From contig JAIORK010000036.1 in assembly GCA_021108215.1 (NCBI GenBank), forward strand, positions 22,948 through 86,947: a stretch of 64,000 bases of DNA, in the 5' to 3' direction. The position numbers and the translations under genes are program-made. Below, in pieces: positions 38,063 through 51,574 of the stretch; position 1 is the stretch's first letter, and each line of letters starts with the position of its first letter. The stretch comes from a bacterium (GTDB lineage: Bacteria; Oederibacteriota; JAAXVQ01; JAUVAV01). Below the pieces are notes generated by a model. It worked only from the letters and a program-made list of their open reading frames with translations, was not told where the DNA came from and did not search any database.

Positions 38063-38130
38063 GAGCAGCTGATCAGCAGACCGCAGGTTCACTTTTTTGC
38101 TGTTCTGCTGTTCTACTGCTCACCTGCTCT
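38063..38130. repeat. Copy of dispersed ~85-bp CTGCTGTTCTGCTG-core repeat (also at 23771..23857 and 24010..24096)
   Basis: CAGCAGACCGCAGGTTCACTTTTTTGCTGTTCTGCTGTTCTACTGCTCACCTGCTCTAC closely matches ...CAGACCGCTGGTTCGCTTTTTCCTGCTGTTCTGCTGCTCTGATGCTCACCTGCTCTGC in the tRNA-Glu repeat units. Confidence 0.5.
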
Positions 38131-38180
38131 ACGATTGAATGGGAATAATTGTTTTTGGACAATTATTCCCATTCAATCGT
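38131..38180 (-). terminator. Perfect 22-bp-stem hairpin overlapping the guaA stop codon
   Basis: ACGATTGAATGGGAATAATTGT-TTTTGG-ACAATTATTCCCATTCAATCGT; one arm encodes the last residues TIEWE* of GuaA. Confidence 0.5.
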
Positions 38181-39710
38181 TGCAGGCGGCTTGGAGGAGA
38201 TGTCCAGCACCACTCGGTTGACACCTTTGACCTCATTGATGATCCGGTTGGAAATTTTACCCAGAACCTCCTGGGGCAGATATGCCCAGTCCGCTGTCAT
38301 GGCATCCACACTGGTCACCGTACGAATGGCAACGACATTTTCATAGGTCCGCTCATCCCCCATAACCCCGACCGACTTAACCGGCAATAAAACAGCAAAT
38401 GCCTGCCAGAGATTGCGATAATTGCCGCTGGTTTTTATTTCCTCAATCAAAATCGCATCCGCTTTGCGCAAAACCTCCAGACGTTCACGCGTCACCTCTC
38501 CGATAATCCTAATTGCCAAACCGGGCCCGGGGAAAGGATGACGCCAAACCATGTCCTCCGGCAATCCCATTTCCAATCCCACACGCCGCACCTCATCTTT
38601 AAACAACTCACGCAGCGGTTCAACCAGCTCAAAACGCATGTCATCGGGAAGTCCGCCGACATTGTGATGAGATTTAATGGTGGCGGAAGGACCTTTGACC
38701 GAGACGCTCTCGATCACATCCGGATAGATCGTCCCCTGGGCCAAAAATTCAAAATGCCCCAATGCTTTGGATTCCTTATCAAATACCTCAATAAACTTTT
38801 TTCCGATACGTTTTCTTTTCTCTTCGGGATCTGTGATGCCCGAAAGATCATCTAAAAAATCGTCTGTGGCATCCACCAGATCAAAACGGATATCATAATT
38901 TTTTTTAAAAATACTCAAAACCAGTTCCGCTTCACCTGTCCGGAGAACCCCATTGTCAATCAACATACACGTCAATTGGTCCCCGATTGCTTTATGCAGC
39001 AAAACCGCAGCTACCGCGGAATCAACCCCGCCGGACAAACCGCAAAGTACTTTACCCTTGCCAACTTGTTTACGAATTCGCGCCACGGTCTCCTCTACAA
39101 ACGAGGCCGGTGTCCAGGTCCCGGAACAGCCGCAAACCGTATACAAATAATTTTTTAGAATGGTCATGCCCTCGCTGGTATGCTCAACCTCAGGATGAAA
39201 CTGAATACCAAAAATCCTTCGCCGGGCATCGGCGATCCCCGCCATCGGCGCATTATCTGTTCCGGCCACAATCTCAAACCCTTGCGGCAAAGCTGCCAGA
39301 CGGTCACCGTGGCTCATCCATACCTGGGTGGTTTCCTGAACACCGGCAAACAGGTCACAACCTGCGGAGATCTGTAACTTGGCAAATCCATATTCCCGGT
39401 CCTGTGATGGTTCCACTTTCCCACCCAACAGGTGACTGATTAATTGCATCCCGTAACAGATCCCCAAAATGGGCAGCCCCAATTCAAATAGTCCGCGATC
39501 CACCAGCGGCGCCCCCTCGGCATAAACTGAGGAAGGTCCCCCTGATAAAATAATACCTTTGGGATGCATATCTTTTACCTTCTCCAATGGAATATTATAG
39601 GGGTGAATTTCGCAATAAATATTTAATTCCCGGATACGCCGTGCAATCAGTTGGGTATATTGAGATCCAAAATCCAAAACAAGAATAAATTCTTCATGTG
39701 CAGTGGTCAC
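38163..39710 (-). CDS. guaA: GMP synthase (glutamine-hydrolysing)
   Basis: N-terminal GATase ([10 protein letters not shown]), PP-loop SGGVDSAV, C-terminal dimerisation domain; 515 aa. Confidence 0.95.
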   Translation of the reverse strand: MTTAHEEFILVLDFGSQYTQLIARRIRELNIYCEIHPYNIPLEKVKDMHPKGIILSGGPSSVYAEGAPLVDRGLFELGLPILGICYGMQLISHLLGGKVEPSQDREYGFAKLQISAGCDLFAGVQETTQVWMSHGDRLAALPQGFEIVAGTDNAPMAGIADARRRIFGIQFHPEVEHTSEGMTILKNYLYTVCGCSGTWTPASFVEETVARIRKQVGKGKVLCGLSGGVDSAVAAVLLHKAIGDQLTCMLIDNGVLRTGEAELVLSIFKKNYDIRFDLVDATDDFLDDLSGITDPEEKRKRIGKKFIEVFDKESKALGHFEFLAQGTIYPDVIESVSVKGPSATIKSHHNVGGLPDDMRFELVEPLRELFKDEVRRVGLEMGLPEDMVWRHPFPGPGLAIRIIGEVTRERLEVLRKADAILIEEIKTSGNYRNLWQAFAVLLPVKSVGVMGDERTYENVVAIRTVTSVDAMTADWAYLPQEVLGKISNRIINEVKGVNRVVLDISSKPPATIEWE

Positions 39711-39901
39711 GTGCCTTCTCCTTCACTATTTAAGATGACCCGATGAATACCTCCCGTATTCACTGGACACAATGCAACGGGCGAATACATGGATTCGCCC
39801 CTACAATGCACAATACGATCGCCTGATAAAACCAATAAGGGCGACCCTTTGGGTCGCCCTTATATGCTGCTACAGTCCAACCGACCGACCCGATAAAACA
39901 A

Positions 39902-41389
<1,488 letters not shown>

Positions 41390-41720
41390 TCATCCCGGCT
41401 GCATTAAACCGCTACTGCGGGAACAATTGAATTTGTGATGTTATCAGATGGGTTCAAAAAAGTCAAGTAGCAGAAAAACACTATTTTCAAAAGATTTTCA
41501 ACAGCCACAAGAAGGTGTTTCCTTAGAAAAACGCGGTTTTTATCTATCTTCCGATTGAAATCTTCATCTGAAGTCTGGCAGTATATCTGTTTTTTTCCTT
41601 TGGAGGCGAAATAACCGGATGTGATTACGCCTTACTTTTTAGCAAACAATTTACGATTGATCTGATATGGCGTTTCGTATGAATCAACCAAAGCTACTGC
41701 CAGGCCAATTTCATATTCAC

Positions 41721-41782
41721 ACAAAAAAAGAGGGACAAAGCATCTTGTCCGGCGCATGCCGGATGCTTTGTCCCCTTTTTTT
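41721..41782. terminator. Bidirectional hairpin terminator downstream of groEL
   Basis: AGGGACAAAGCATC...GATGCTTTGTCCCCT with inner palindrome CCGGCGCATGCCGG, flanked by A-run and T-run. Confidence 0.55.
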
Positions 41783-41872
41783 ATAGTACGGATTGAAACC
41801 GCACTTATATCTATTTATTATTTATTGATTATTTTCAACTGCTTAGAAACAAAGGATCGAACTCCTTTGTTT

Positions 41873-43549
<1,677 letters not shown>

Positions 43550-43576
43550 TTAATTTTCAGTCGTGCGTCACTGTAA

Positions 43577-43867
43577 TCAGCCTTCCAAAATTCCGTAAAT
43601 ATCATCCTCGTTCATAATCATATACTCTGCATCATCCAGCTTTACTTCATTGCCGGCATACTTGCCATACAGGACTTTGTCCCCGGTTTTAACATTCATC
43701 GCAACTTTCTGGCCCTTGTCATCCGTCTTACCCGGTCCAACAGCGATGACCTCTCCGACCAAAGGTTTTTCCTTGGCTGTATCAGGAATAATGATCCCCC
43801 CACGCTTCTCCTCTTTTTCTTCATTCGGCTTCACAAGGACACGGTCACCCAGTGGTTTGAATTTCAT
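43577..43867 (-). CDS. groS: Co-chaperonin GroES
   Basis: MKFKPLGDRVLVKP ... GEVIAVGPG; start reassigned to the second ATG (RBS GGGGGA inside the listed extension). Confidence 0.95.
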   Translation of the reverse strand: MKFKPLGDRVLVKPNEEKEEKRGGIIIPDTAKEKPLVGEVIAVGPGKTDDKGQKVAMNVKTGDKVLYGKYAGNEVKLDDAEYMIMNEDDIYGILEG

Positions 43868-43922
43868 ACGTGATTCCCCCTTCATTCATGTTGATATATT
43901 GAAAAACAGGTTTCCAATAGAA

Positions 43923-43949
43923 TTAGCAGTCTCCGCCAGAGACTGCTAA
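43923..43949. promoter_or_regulatory. CIRCE operator (HrcA binding site) upstream of groES
   Basis: TTAGCAGTC-N9-GACTGCTAA versus consensus TTAGCACTC-N9-GAGTGCTAA, ~55 nt upstream of the groES start. Confidence 0.8.
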
Positions 43950-44239
43950 TTCCGAGAGACAACTATACGCATTCTTAAAAAATTGTCAATTTTTTTTTCG
44001 GATTTTTGTACATTCTTATCTAAATTAAAAAAACGGCAGCTAACCGGATCGTCTTAAATCCGAAATAATTTGCCTGCCTTTTCAGCAAATTTTGAGAAGT
44101 CGAGCTGAAATAGAGCAGGCATCCGACACCCGGCATTCGCCGGGCAAGTCCGCCGGACACGGTACGCAGGGCGAAAAAATATTTCTTAACCGAGTTTAAC
44201 TGTCTTTGGCTGGATTCTGGTTATTCACACGATTTATTT

Positions 44240-44989
44240 TTAGGCAGGCATATGCGTCTTTAAAAAATCAACAATCCACTGGGCAACTTGCTCAAATTCA
44301 TTGTCCAATGTCAATACGTGAAAGGAATTTTTCAGACGGTGCATCTCCTTGATTTCCGAACCAACATGCTCGATAAAATAATCCAAACACCGGGGCGAAA
44401 TGGTATGATCAATTTCCGACTGAATACCCAACACCGGCATTTTTAAGCTTGGCAGATCTTTTTGTGCCATTTTTCCCAAGTACAACATATCTTCTACATT
44501 TTTCAGATGAAAACGCGGGTAACTTTTTTCCTGATACCGCGTCCCTTTCACATCATTCCCAATGGACTTTTTCCAGGGCATGATATATTTAAGAATTGGT
44601 AAAAAAAACGTACGCCAATCATCCAGAAACAAAGCCGGTGCCAAAGCGACAAAGACAGGTACCGGCCGGTTGGCCGCTATCTGGATACCCAATGCACCGC
44701 CCATGGAAAAACCGATAATTGCAGGATTTTTATATTTTTCAGCCAACTGATCATAGGCGGCAAATGAGGCCTTACGCCAATCTGCATGAGAATGCGCGGC
44801 CATATCCTCCGGCGTGGTGCCGTGCCCGGGCAAAAGCGGCATCGAAACCGTAAAACCCGCATCTGCCAAAATTCCGCCCATCGGCCGCAGTGCCTGCGTG
44901 GTGCTGGTAAATCCATGAAGAAACAAGACCGCCTGAGGGCCGCGTTCCAGTAAAACAGATTCACCGCCGAGATATTCGGATGACGTCAT
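44240..44989 (-). CDS. Alpha/beta hydrolase (esterase/lysophospholipase-like)
   Basis: Nucleophile elbow GFSMGG, HG oxyanion motif (LHGFT), C-terminal His; 249 aa. Confidence 0.75.
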   Translation of the reverse strand: MTSSEYLGGESVLLERGPQAVLFLHGFTSTTQALRPMGGILADAGFTVSMPLLPGHGTTPEDMAAHSHADWRKASFAAYDQLAEKYKNPAIIGFSMGGALGIQIAANRPVPVFVALAPALFLDDWRTFFLPILKYIMPWKKSIGNDVKGTRYQEKSYPRFHLKNVEDMLYLGKMAQKDLPSLKMPVLGIQSEIDHTISPRCLDYFIEHVGSEIKEMHRLKNSFHVLTLDNEFEQVAQWIVDFLKTHMPA

Positions 44990-44991
44990 GG

Positions 44992-45885
44992 CTATTTATC
45001 CTTTTTCTTAATTGTCCGGATAAGTTCCATCAATGTATTCATACTGGTTTTGCTAAACGCCCCACGGTCATAATAGGCCAACTGCCGGTTTTGCGCATCC
45101 TGGATACGCATCCCCGCAAAATCATCAAATTCATAGCGCCGCACCACCTGGCTGGCAGTCGTGAAAATTAATTTTTTAAAATCCTCTTTCACTGCCGCCG
45201 GCACATCAAATGACTTGAAGGGTTCCGCGTCCGGTAAAAAATGGAGTGTCAGTATGAACAAACCGTCACCTGGTTTGTCTTTTTTATCAAAGATTCCCTG
45301 TACACCGGAAATACTAAAAAGCCGCTCGCTGATAAAACTCATCTGAAACTTCAGCCTTACACGCTCGGCAATTTGTGCCGCTAAAAAATCCGGCACAGAA
45401 TAATCTTTAAGCTTGTGAATACCCCGGCTGTTTTTCGGCACCGGCGCTTGCGCGGAAACCTCGATAAGCAATCTTTGAAAATAATCACTACGGGAAATAT
45501 CGTCCATAATCAGGCGCCGAATATCTTTGATATACCGGACAAAAGACACCTCGACACCCGTATCCGCATCACGCAAAGAGATCACAAAAAAATCAAAAAC
45601 AAATTCAGAAGAGAGTGTGACCCGGGAGGTGGTCAGCATGACATTTTCAATCTTGTTTAAAGCCTGGTCGGAAAAAGTCAGGTCAGAGAGCAGCGTGTCC
45701 GGCATGACAATCAAAGCACCCACGGTTTTGTTCCGGGTCGCTACCGTGACATCCACACCGTACTCTTTCTCGCAGATTTGTTTGATCGTCTCTTCTACCG
45801 AACCCGTAGGGTAGGAGGCACGGCATCCGGCCATCACCGGAATCACCAAACCAAGTAAAATGACAAGCTTCGAAATACGCTTCAA
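44992..45885 (-). CDS. Hypothetical lipoprotein
   Basis: Lipobox-type signal (LVIPVMAGC); 4-nt overlap with the ftsH stop, so co-transcribed. Confidence 0.4.
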   Translation of the reverse strand: MKRISKLVILLGLVIPVMAGCRASYPTGSVEETIKQICEKEYGVDVTVATRNKTVGALIVMPDTLLSDLTFSDQALNKIENVMLTTSRVTLSSEFVFDFFVISLRDADTGVEVSFVRYIKDIRRLIMDDISRSDYFQRLLIEVSAQAPVPKNSRGIHKLKDYSVPDFLAAQIAERVRLKFQMSFISERLFSISGVQGIFDKKDKPGDGLFILTLHFLPDAEPFKSFDVPAAVKEDFKKLIFTTASQVVRRYEFDDFAGMRIQDAQNRQLAYYDRGAFSKTSMNTLMELIRTIKKKDK

Positions 45886-47609
45886 TTTTTTTGTTTCCCG
45901 GTTTTCGCCTTTTTAGCGGCCGCGGTCTTTGCAGCACTCTTTCCGCCACCCTTGGAACCTGATTTATCCGCAACTGTAACTGCCGTGGTTTCCAAAAATT
46001 CTTTGACAGAATGTTTCAGTCCATACTGATCAAAAATTGCATCAATTTCGTCGTAATCCAGTTCTTCGCGCTCTAACAATTCTCTAACAAAGTGATCTAC
46101 AATCTTCCAATTTTTCTTAAGTACCCGAACCGTATCATCATAACATTCCTTCATAATTTTCTCAGTCTCTGCATTCAGCCGTTCCTTGAGTGACTCAGAA
46201 ATCTGTGCCTCAGGCAAAATGGCAAAGTCACCCAAAAAGCCATTGCTGCCCATACCCACCCGCCAGACCATACTATGCGCCATGCCCATGGCATGCTGGA
46301 AATCGCTGGAAACACCGGTAGACGTAACACCAAAGCGGAGTTTCTCCGATACATACCCTGCCAAAGAAACCTTAATATTTGCCATGAGGGTATTCCGATC
46401 CATGGTATACAGCTCTTCGCGCGGCGAATGATGCACCACACCCAGAGCGCCGCCACGGGATATAATTGAGGCCTTGAACACATCATCTGTGGGATGCAGC
46501 AAATACAGGGTTACCAGATGCCCGGACTCGTGATAAGCCACCATCTCCCGCTCATGCGGAGTCATGGTTTTGCGGTGTTCAATCCCAAGTTCAATCCGTT
46601 CAATCGCCTTGGTCATATCCGCATACTCAACTTGGTCACCTCCGCGGCGCATGGCGATCAGGGCGGATTCCTTAATAACATTTTCAATTTCCGCCGGACT
46701 CTTGCCCACGGATTTACGGGCCAGACGGCCTATGTCCAAATCCGGATCATGCTGGATCTTGGACATATAAAATTTAAATAATTCTTCGCGCTCAACCAAA
46801 TTGGGTTTATCAATATAGAGCTTGCGATCAAAACGACCGGGACGCATAAGCGCCTGATCCAGCACATCTTCACTTGCATTGGTCGCGCCAATCACAATAA
46901 CGTTCTCGCGCTTGGATCCCAAGCCGTCCATCTCCACTAAGAGTTGGTTCTGCGTACTGTTGGTCTCCTCGCCGCCGCCAAATTTTGTAAAAGTTCTGCC
47001 GCGCCCAATTACCTCAATTTCATCGATAAAAACAATACACGTTCCTTCCGCATAGGCCAGCTGGCGCGCCTGTTTAAAAAGTTTCCGTACACGCGATGCA
47101 CCCACACCCACAAACACCTCGGTAAATTCGGAACCTGCCACAGACAGAAACGGCACCTTGGCCTCAGTTGCGATTGCCTTGGCCAGCATGGTCTTGCCGC
47201 AGCCCGGCGGACCGACCATCACCACGCCGCGCAGAATTTTGCCGCCAATGGCTTTGAGTTTTGCCCGGTCCGAGATGAGCTGTACAACTTCCCAGGCTTC
47301 CCGTTTGGCCTGCTCCAACCCGATAATATCGGCAAATGTAATATTTACATAGGATGATTTGACTTTCTGTTTTTTCATCTGGGAAAAACCGCCGCGGAAT
47401 ACGGTCATATACAGATATACAAAAATCACCGCATTAAGTGCTGCCATTAAAAGCTGAAGCGGCAGGGTGGCCAGAGTCAAATTCAAATAAAACGATTCCA
47501 ACGACGCCAGTCCGATCACGGTAAAAACCAGCAAAAGGATGACCGCTGTGATGATCAACATCCGCACCCAGTAATTCATCAACCATACTTTAACTCTACG
47601 GTACCACAT
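45882..47609 (-). CDS. ftsH: ATP-dependent zinc metalloprotease FtsH (short form lacking large periplasmic domain)
   Basis: AAA+ Walker A GPPGCGKT, second region of homology, M41 zinc motif HESGH; 575 aa with two closely spaced N-terminal TM helices. Confidence 0.88.
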   Translation of the reverse strand: MWYRRVKVWLMNYWVRMLIITAVILLLVFTVIGLASLESFYLNLTLATLPLQLLMAALNAVIFVYLYMTVFRGGFSQMKKQKVKSSYVNITFADIIGLEQAKREAWEVVQLISDRAKLKAIGGKILRGVVMVGPPGCGKTMLAKAIATEAKVPFLSVAGSEFTEVFVGVGASRVRKLFKQARQLAYAEGTCIVFIDEIEVIGRGRTFTKFGGGEETNSTQNQLLVEMDGLGSKRENVIVIGATNASEDVLDQALMRPGRFDRKLYIDKPNLVEREELFKFYMSKIQHDPDLDIGRLARKSVGKSPAEIENVIKESALIAMRRGGDQVEYADMTKAIERIELGIEHRKTMTPHEREMVAYHESGHLVTLYLLHPTDDVFKASIISRGGALGVVHHSPREELYTMDRNTLMANIKVSLAGYVSEKLRFGVTSTGVSSDFQHAMGMAHSMVWRVGMGSNGFLGDFAILPEAQISESLKERLNAETEKIMKECYDDTVRVLKKNWKIVDHFVRELLEREELDYDEIDAIFDQYGLKHSVKEFLETTAVTVADKSGSKGGGKSAAKTAAAKKAKTGKQKN

Positions 47610-47725
47610 AAAAATTAACTCCCTTTTTTAGACCCTCTGAAACTTCGGGGTAAAAATAGCATCACGCCCTGCTCACGGCTGCGTAAATAACTGCTTCATC
47701 TGTCATGCTCCGGAAACGAACTGGA

Positions 47726-48004
47726 TTATCCTTCAACCTTATGGGTCAGGACAACAATCTTGATCGCGCTTTTCCGTTCCCCGTCCAATTCGAGATGCAT
47801 GAATTCCGGACGAAAGGTCAATTCAATTTTATCATCCGTAAGGTAAGACCGGGAAATGGTAATCGCTTTTACTGCCTGATTCACACTTTGAGGACCCATC
47901 GCAACAACTTCAATATCCTTGCCTTCGCGGATATTATTAGCAATCGCACCAGCTACAGTGGCAGGGTTGCTTTTCCCGGCAACTTTGAGAGTGAGCATTG
48001 GCAT
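47726..48004 (-). CDS. spoVS: SpoVS family protein
   Basis: 92 aa MPMLTLKVAGKSNPATVAGAIANNIREGKDIEVVAMGPQSVNQAVKAITISR closely matches the SpoVS family. Confidence 0.75.
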   Translation of the reverse strand: MPMLTLKVAGKSNPATVAGAIANNIREGKDIEVVAMGPQSVNQAVKAITISRSYLTDDKIELTFRPEFMHLELDGERKSAIKIVVLTHKVEG

Positions 48005-48194
48005 AGTCGTAAGTCTCCTTTTGCGACGTTATTGAACCGGGACCTAACCGGCGCAACCCTAAATAGGGGCTGATTATTATTTTTAAAGTATAGCATATTC
48101 ATGCCTGTATTTCAATTTGACTTCTTTTATTGACGCTGGACTTTTCTGCCCGGAAAACCGGTGCCTGGCACCAAATCCCCGAAGCTTTTATGAA

Positions 48195-48740
48195 TTACTT
48201 TTCTATTTGTACTATATATGGTGGGTCAAGTTTTAAGAGTGCATATGTTTTACGAAGAGTTTTTTCTCCTCCAGATCGAATCAGATATTCACCTCGCGTC
48301 GGGATTGTGTCCTTTCTCCAAGATCCATTTTTATAAAGCCATTCCACCTTGATTCCTTTCAGTTCTTGCAAAACAGGATGTATCACCTCAACAACTTTAA
48401 ACGCTGTTGCCCGTTTTTTTTTGCCAAAAGGGTGAGGGATTTCTACTGTTGATGGGATTGATTGCCATTCCTGATCATCAACACTCTTGTATTGAGTTGC
48501 CTTTGCTTGGACACCTCCGGGATCTTTTGCTTCCGGACTATCTGAACAGAAAGCATAGATGGGTTGGGGTTGTGGATTCGCATTAATGTAGTTAATCCAC
48601 TGTCTAATAAATTCTTCTTTTCTATCTTGAAACGACCATAGCGTCCATTCGTTTGCTTCAATTTCCTTTTCTTTACGCCGAAGAATGTCCTCACGGGTTT
48701 CTCCAGCGTGAACTCCTAAACAGTGCCAAAATCCTAGCAT
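48195..48740 (-). CDS. Hypothetical protein (181 aa), third gene of a TA-like operon
   Basis: Start overlaps the upstream toxin gene by 7 nt; AT-rich; no recognisable motifs. Confidence 0.4.
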   Translation of the reverse strand: MLGFWHCLGVHAGETREDILRRKEKEIEANEWTLWSFQDRKEEFIRQWINYINANPQPQPIYAFCSDSPEAKDPGGVQAKATQYKSVDDQEWQSIPSTVEIPHPFGKKKRATAFKVVEVIHPVLQELKGIKVEWLYKNGSWRKDTIPTRGEYLIRSGGEKTLRKTYALLKLDPPYIVQIEK

Positions 48741-49099
48741 ATTTTCCCAATCCTCCCCCGATCCTCTTTCTCCTTATCCCCTTTAAAATAAATTTCTATC
48801 AACGCCACTTTATTTTCCGCCGCATAATACGCATAGATCACCCTGATCCCGGAATTCGCGCCCCTGCCTTTCAGAGCCTTGCAGGCGAATTTGCGGGCTT
48901 TGTAGATTTTCGGATTTTCAATGCCTAAATCAGGAATGGATACGATGCCCTGGTTATCCTTATCCAGCTTATGATAGAGCTGAAGCTGAACTTTGATAAA
49001 TACATCCAAATCATCTTCCGGGGTTTTGAATCGTTTCCTCAGCTTTTTTAAATCCTTCTCAAATTCCGGCCAGCGTCTGACCTCACTGAATATTTTCAT
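48734..49099 (-). CDS. RelE/ParE-superfamily toxin (phage Gp49-like / HigB-like)
   Basis: C-terminal GANSGIRVIYAYYAAENKVALIEIYFKGDKEKEDRG pattern (G.yRviY......i.ll..f.K...k) typical of Gp49/RelE-type toxins; overlaps the upstream antitoxin stop by 17 nt. Confidence 0.55.
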   Translation of the reverse strand: MKIFSEVRRWPEFEKDLKKLRKRFKTPEDDLDVFIKVQLQLYHKLDKDNQGIVSIPDLGIENPKIYKARKFACKALKGRGANSGIRVIYAYYAAENKVALIEIYFKGDKEKEDRGRIGKIC

Positions 49100-49901
49100 C
49101 GCTTCGTCTCACTGAATAGGGTGCTGTCCGGTAAAACACGGATTCATATTCAATATTTTTACCCTCCTCGGAGGTCATCCAGGGAACATCAGCATGTGAA
49201 TAATCTTCCATTTGCCTGGCATTCTTATCCGACAGCCGGGCCAAAACATCGTCAATTACTTCCTTTTCATTCGCTGAAAGAACACTTAAATCCGGTTCCT
49301 TTAGCGGCAAATATTTTGTTTGCGGATAGTCAAAGTATTGGCTTTTCACTTTCTCGATTTCATTATTCTTGATCATGTTATCCACAATCACTTTAAATTC
49401 CCGCGGTGTAGGGCCGTGATGATTCTTAATATACGTGGCCCCGATAAGCTGTTCCTCAAACCTTTCATAATAATCGAAGTCCATAAAATACAGGAGTTTA
49501 TAGATAACGCTTTCCCCGATATTGGGTTTTGATCCCACTTTGCCCAGTATATACAATAAAATCTGCTTGAATTTTTTCAGATTCTTCTGCGGCACGTTTA
49601 TGCGAATACCGGGTTTGGTCTCTTTTTCTTCTTTAGTCATTTCCAAAATCACCTGCGGCTCTTTGGAAATATCCATAAGGCTCTCCACCGAGACCCCGAA
49701 TATTTGGGAAATTTTCTTCAACTCTTTTATTGAGACAGCTCTGGTGCCGTTTTCCATTTGAGAAATCGTGGGACGCACCACTTTCAGTAAGTTCGCCAAT
49801 GCCTGCTGACTCATTTCCTGAGATTCCCTCAACAATTTGACATGTTTGCCTATTTTTTTATCAAATTCGCCCACGGTGAACACCCCCTTTTCTATACTCA
49901 C
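49083..49901 (-). CDS. Antitoxin-like protein: N-terminal XRE HTH fused to Panacea (DUF4065/SocA-like) domain
   Basis: HTH (MSQQALANLLKVVRPTISQMENG) then IYKLLYFMDFDYYERFEEQLIGATYIKNHHGPTP, matching the Panacea-domain core (KLLYF.D......G.p......A...GPv). Confidence 0.55.
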   Translation of the reverse strand: MSIEKGVFTVGEFDKKIGKHVKLLRESQEMSQQALANLLKVVRPTISQMENGTRAVSIKELKKISQIFGVSVESLMDISKEPQVILEMTKEEKETKPGIRINVPQKNLKKFKQILLYILGKVGSKPNIGESVIYKLLYFMDFDYYERFEEQLIGATYIKNHHGPTPREFKVIVDNMIKNNEIEKVKSQYFDYPQTKYLPLKEPDLSVLSANEKEVIDDVLARLSDKNARQMEDYSHADVPWMTSEEGKNIEYESVFYRTAPYSVRRSDENIQ

Positions 49902-50184
49902 TCTACGTCATGTAATTATTCCTGTCAACGCAAAGTTAGCATTTATTACTTTTGTCCCTGGGCTATTTATTAGAGGATGGCTTCATCTTGGTCATGCTAT
50001 CTGGTCAATCCTGAAAAAGTCAAAAATAAAAAAAAGTGGCTGGCACCACTTTCATTTTCTTCAAGACCCTCGGCATACTACTTTTTCACAGTGCATCCTG
50101 TTTGAGCTTCCCGAAGGGGGCGAGTTATGCACCAGAAAAAGTAGTATGCCGAGGGTCTCCTAAAAAAGAACCGACACCTTGGCT

Positions 50185-51066
50185 CTATTTCTTATGAATC
50201 GCATGGGCCAGTGCATAGACTTCCGGCCGGGGAAGGTTTTTCTGCCGGGCGACACGCGCAATGGCCTGGTTCAGGGTCAATCCGTCTGCCTGCAAACGAT
50301 CCAATTGTTCCTGAATGGATTCTGAGACCACGGACTCCTCAGGATCATGATTGCCGTCAATCACCAAAGTATATTCACCCCGGGTGATTTGGGCTGCATT
50401 TTCAATCAGTTGCGAAATCGTGCCGCTGATATAGTCTTCATGGATCTTCGTCATCTCGCGGCATAACACCGCCGGCCGGTCTCCCAAAATATCAAGAATA
50501 TCCTTTAAAATTTTGTCTAATTTATGCGGCGAGAGAAAAAAAACCAGAGTTTCACTGCGCTGCCTGAGGGTCTCCAAAAAACGGCATCGCGGTCCGGTCT
50601 TGGCATCTAAAAATCCAAAAAATGAGAAGCAATCATTTGGAAACCCGGCACCTACCAGCGCAGTTAACACTGCGGACGGACCGGGTAAAATCTCGGTCCG
50701 CACACCATGTTCGCGGGCCGTCTGTACCAAATAAGCGCCCGGATCGGAGATCCCCGGCATGCCCGCATCGGAAACCAGCGCGATGGTTTTACCTGAACGC
50801 AGGCGGGCAAGAATTTCCGGCGCTTTTCTCTTTTCGGTTTCCTTATAATAACTCGTCAGCGGGGTATGAATATCATAGTAGGATAAAAGCTTGCGGGTAT
50901 GGCGGGTATCCTCGGCAAGTATCAGATCCGCCTCTTTGAGCAGGCGCAAACCGCGCAACGTCATGTCTTCCAGATTACCAATCGGGGTACCGATGAGATA
51001 GAGTGTTCCCGCGCGTTCATCCTGACCGGACGGATGAAACAATTGCGAATTCGGCGTTTTTGCCAT
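50185..51066 (-). CDS. rsmI: 16S rRNA (cytidine1402-2'-O)-methyltransferase
   Basis: Tetrapyrrole-methylase fold N-terminus GTLYLIGTPIGNLEDMTLRGLRLLKEADLILAEDTR; 293 aa. Confidence 0.88.
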   Translation of the reverse strand: MAKTPNSQLFHPSGQDERAGTLYLIGTPIGNLEDMTLRGLRLLKEADLILAEDTRHTRKLLSYYDIHTPLTSYYKETEKRKAPEILARLRSGKTIALVSDAGMPGISDPGAYLVQTAREHGVRTEILPGPSAVLTALVGAGFPNDCFSFFGFLDAKTGPRCRFLETLRQRSETLVFFLSPHKLDKILKDILDILGDRPAVLCREMTKIHEDYISGTISQLIENAAQITRGEYTLVIDGNHDPEESVVSESIQEQLDRLQADGLTLNQAIARVARQKNLPRPEVYALAHAIHKK

Positions 51067-51081
51067 AGCGGCTTTCCTTAA

Positions 51082-51540
51082 TTATTTCCGTTTTCGGTTG
51101 AGCACCAAAATGCGCTGCGCCTCGGAAAGCAGCATCTCTAATTTTTCGAGCTCACCAGGTGCCAGTTTCCCTTCGCGAGTGATCTCCTCACAAACTTTAA
51201 GCACAAACATAAGATGCCCGCCAATTTTAGGATCCAATTTTTTTTCGGATTGTACCATAGCCTTGACACCATAAATAATTTTTGCCAAGCGGTCCCGTTC
51301 ATCCATGGTAAAGCGGCTGCTCGATTTTCGCAACTCACTCTCGAGTGTTTGCGAGGTTGCCATCACACTAATCTTGATAAACCGGGCTTTGTTAAGCTGT
51401 ACAAATCCCACAATACTGATAATTACCACTGCAAAAAAAACAGCACTCCCCACCACCCAGGCGGAAAAAGAAGACTTGCCGCGCGCCGGGACCTTCTTCT
51501 GCTGAGTCTTTTCTTTTTTGCTTCTTTGTTTCTTTCCCAT
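51082..51540 (-). CDS. Hypothetical single-pass membrane protein
   Basis: Lys-rich N-terminus, one TM (SAWVVGSAVFFAVVIISIVGF), helical C-terminus. Confidence 0.4.
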   Translation of the reverse strand: MGKKQRSKKEKTQQKKVPARGKSSFSAWVVGSAVFFAVVIISIVGFVQLNKARFIKISVMATSQTLESELRKSSSRFTMDERDRLAKIIYGVKAMVQSEKKLDPKIGGHLMFVLKVCEEITREGKLAPGELEKLEMLLSEAQRILVLNRKRK

Positions 51541-51574
51541 ACCGCTTCCTCTCTTTTAAAAAAAACGACCCGAT

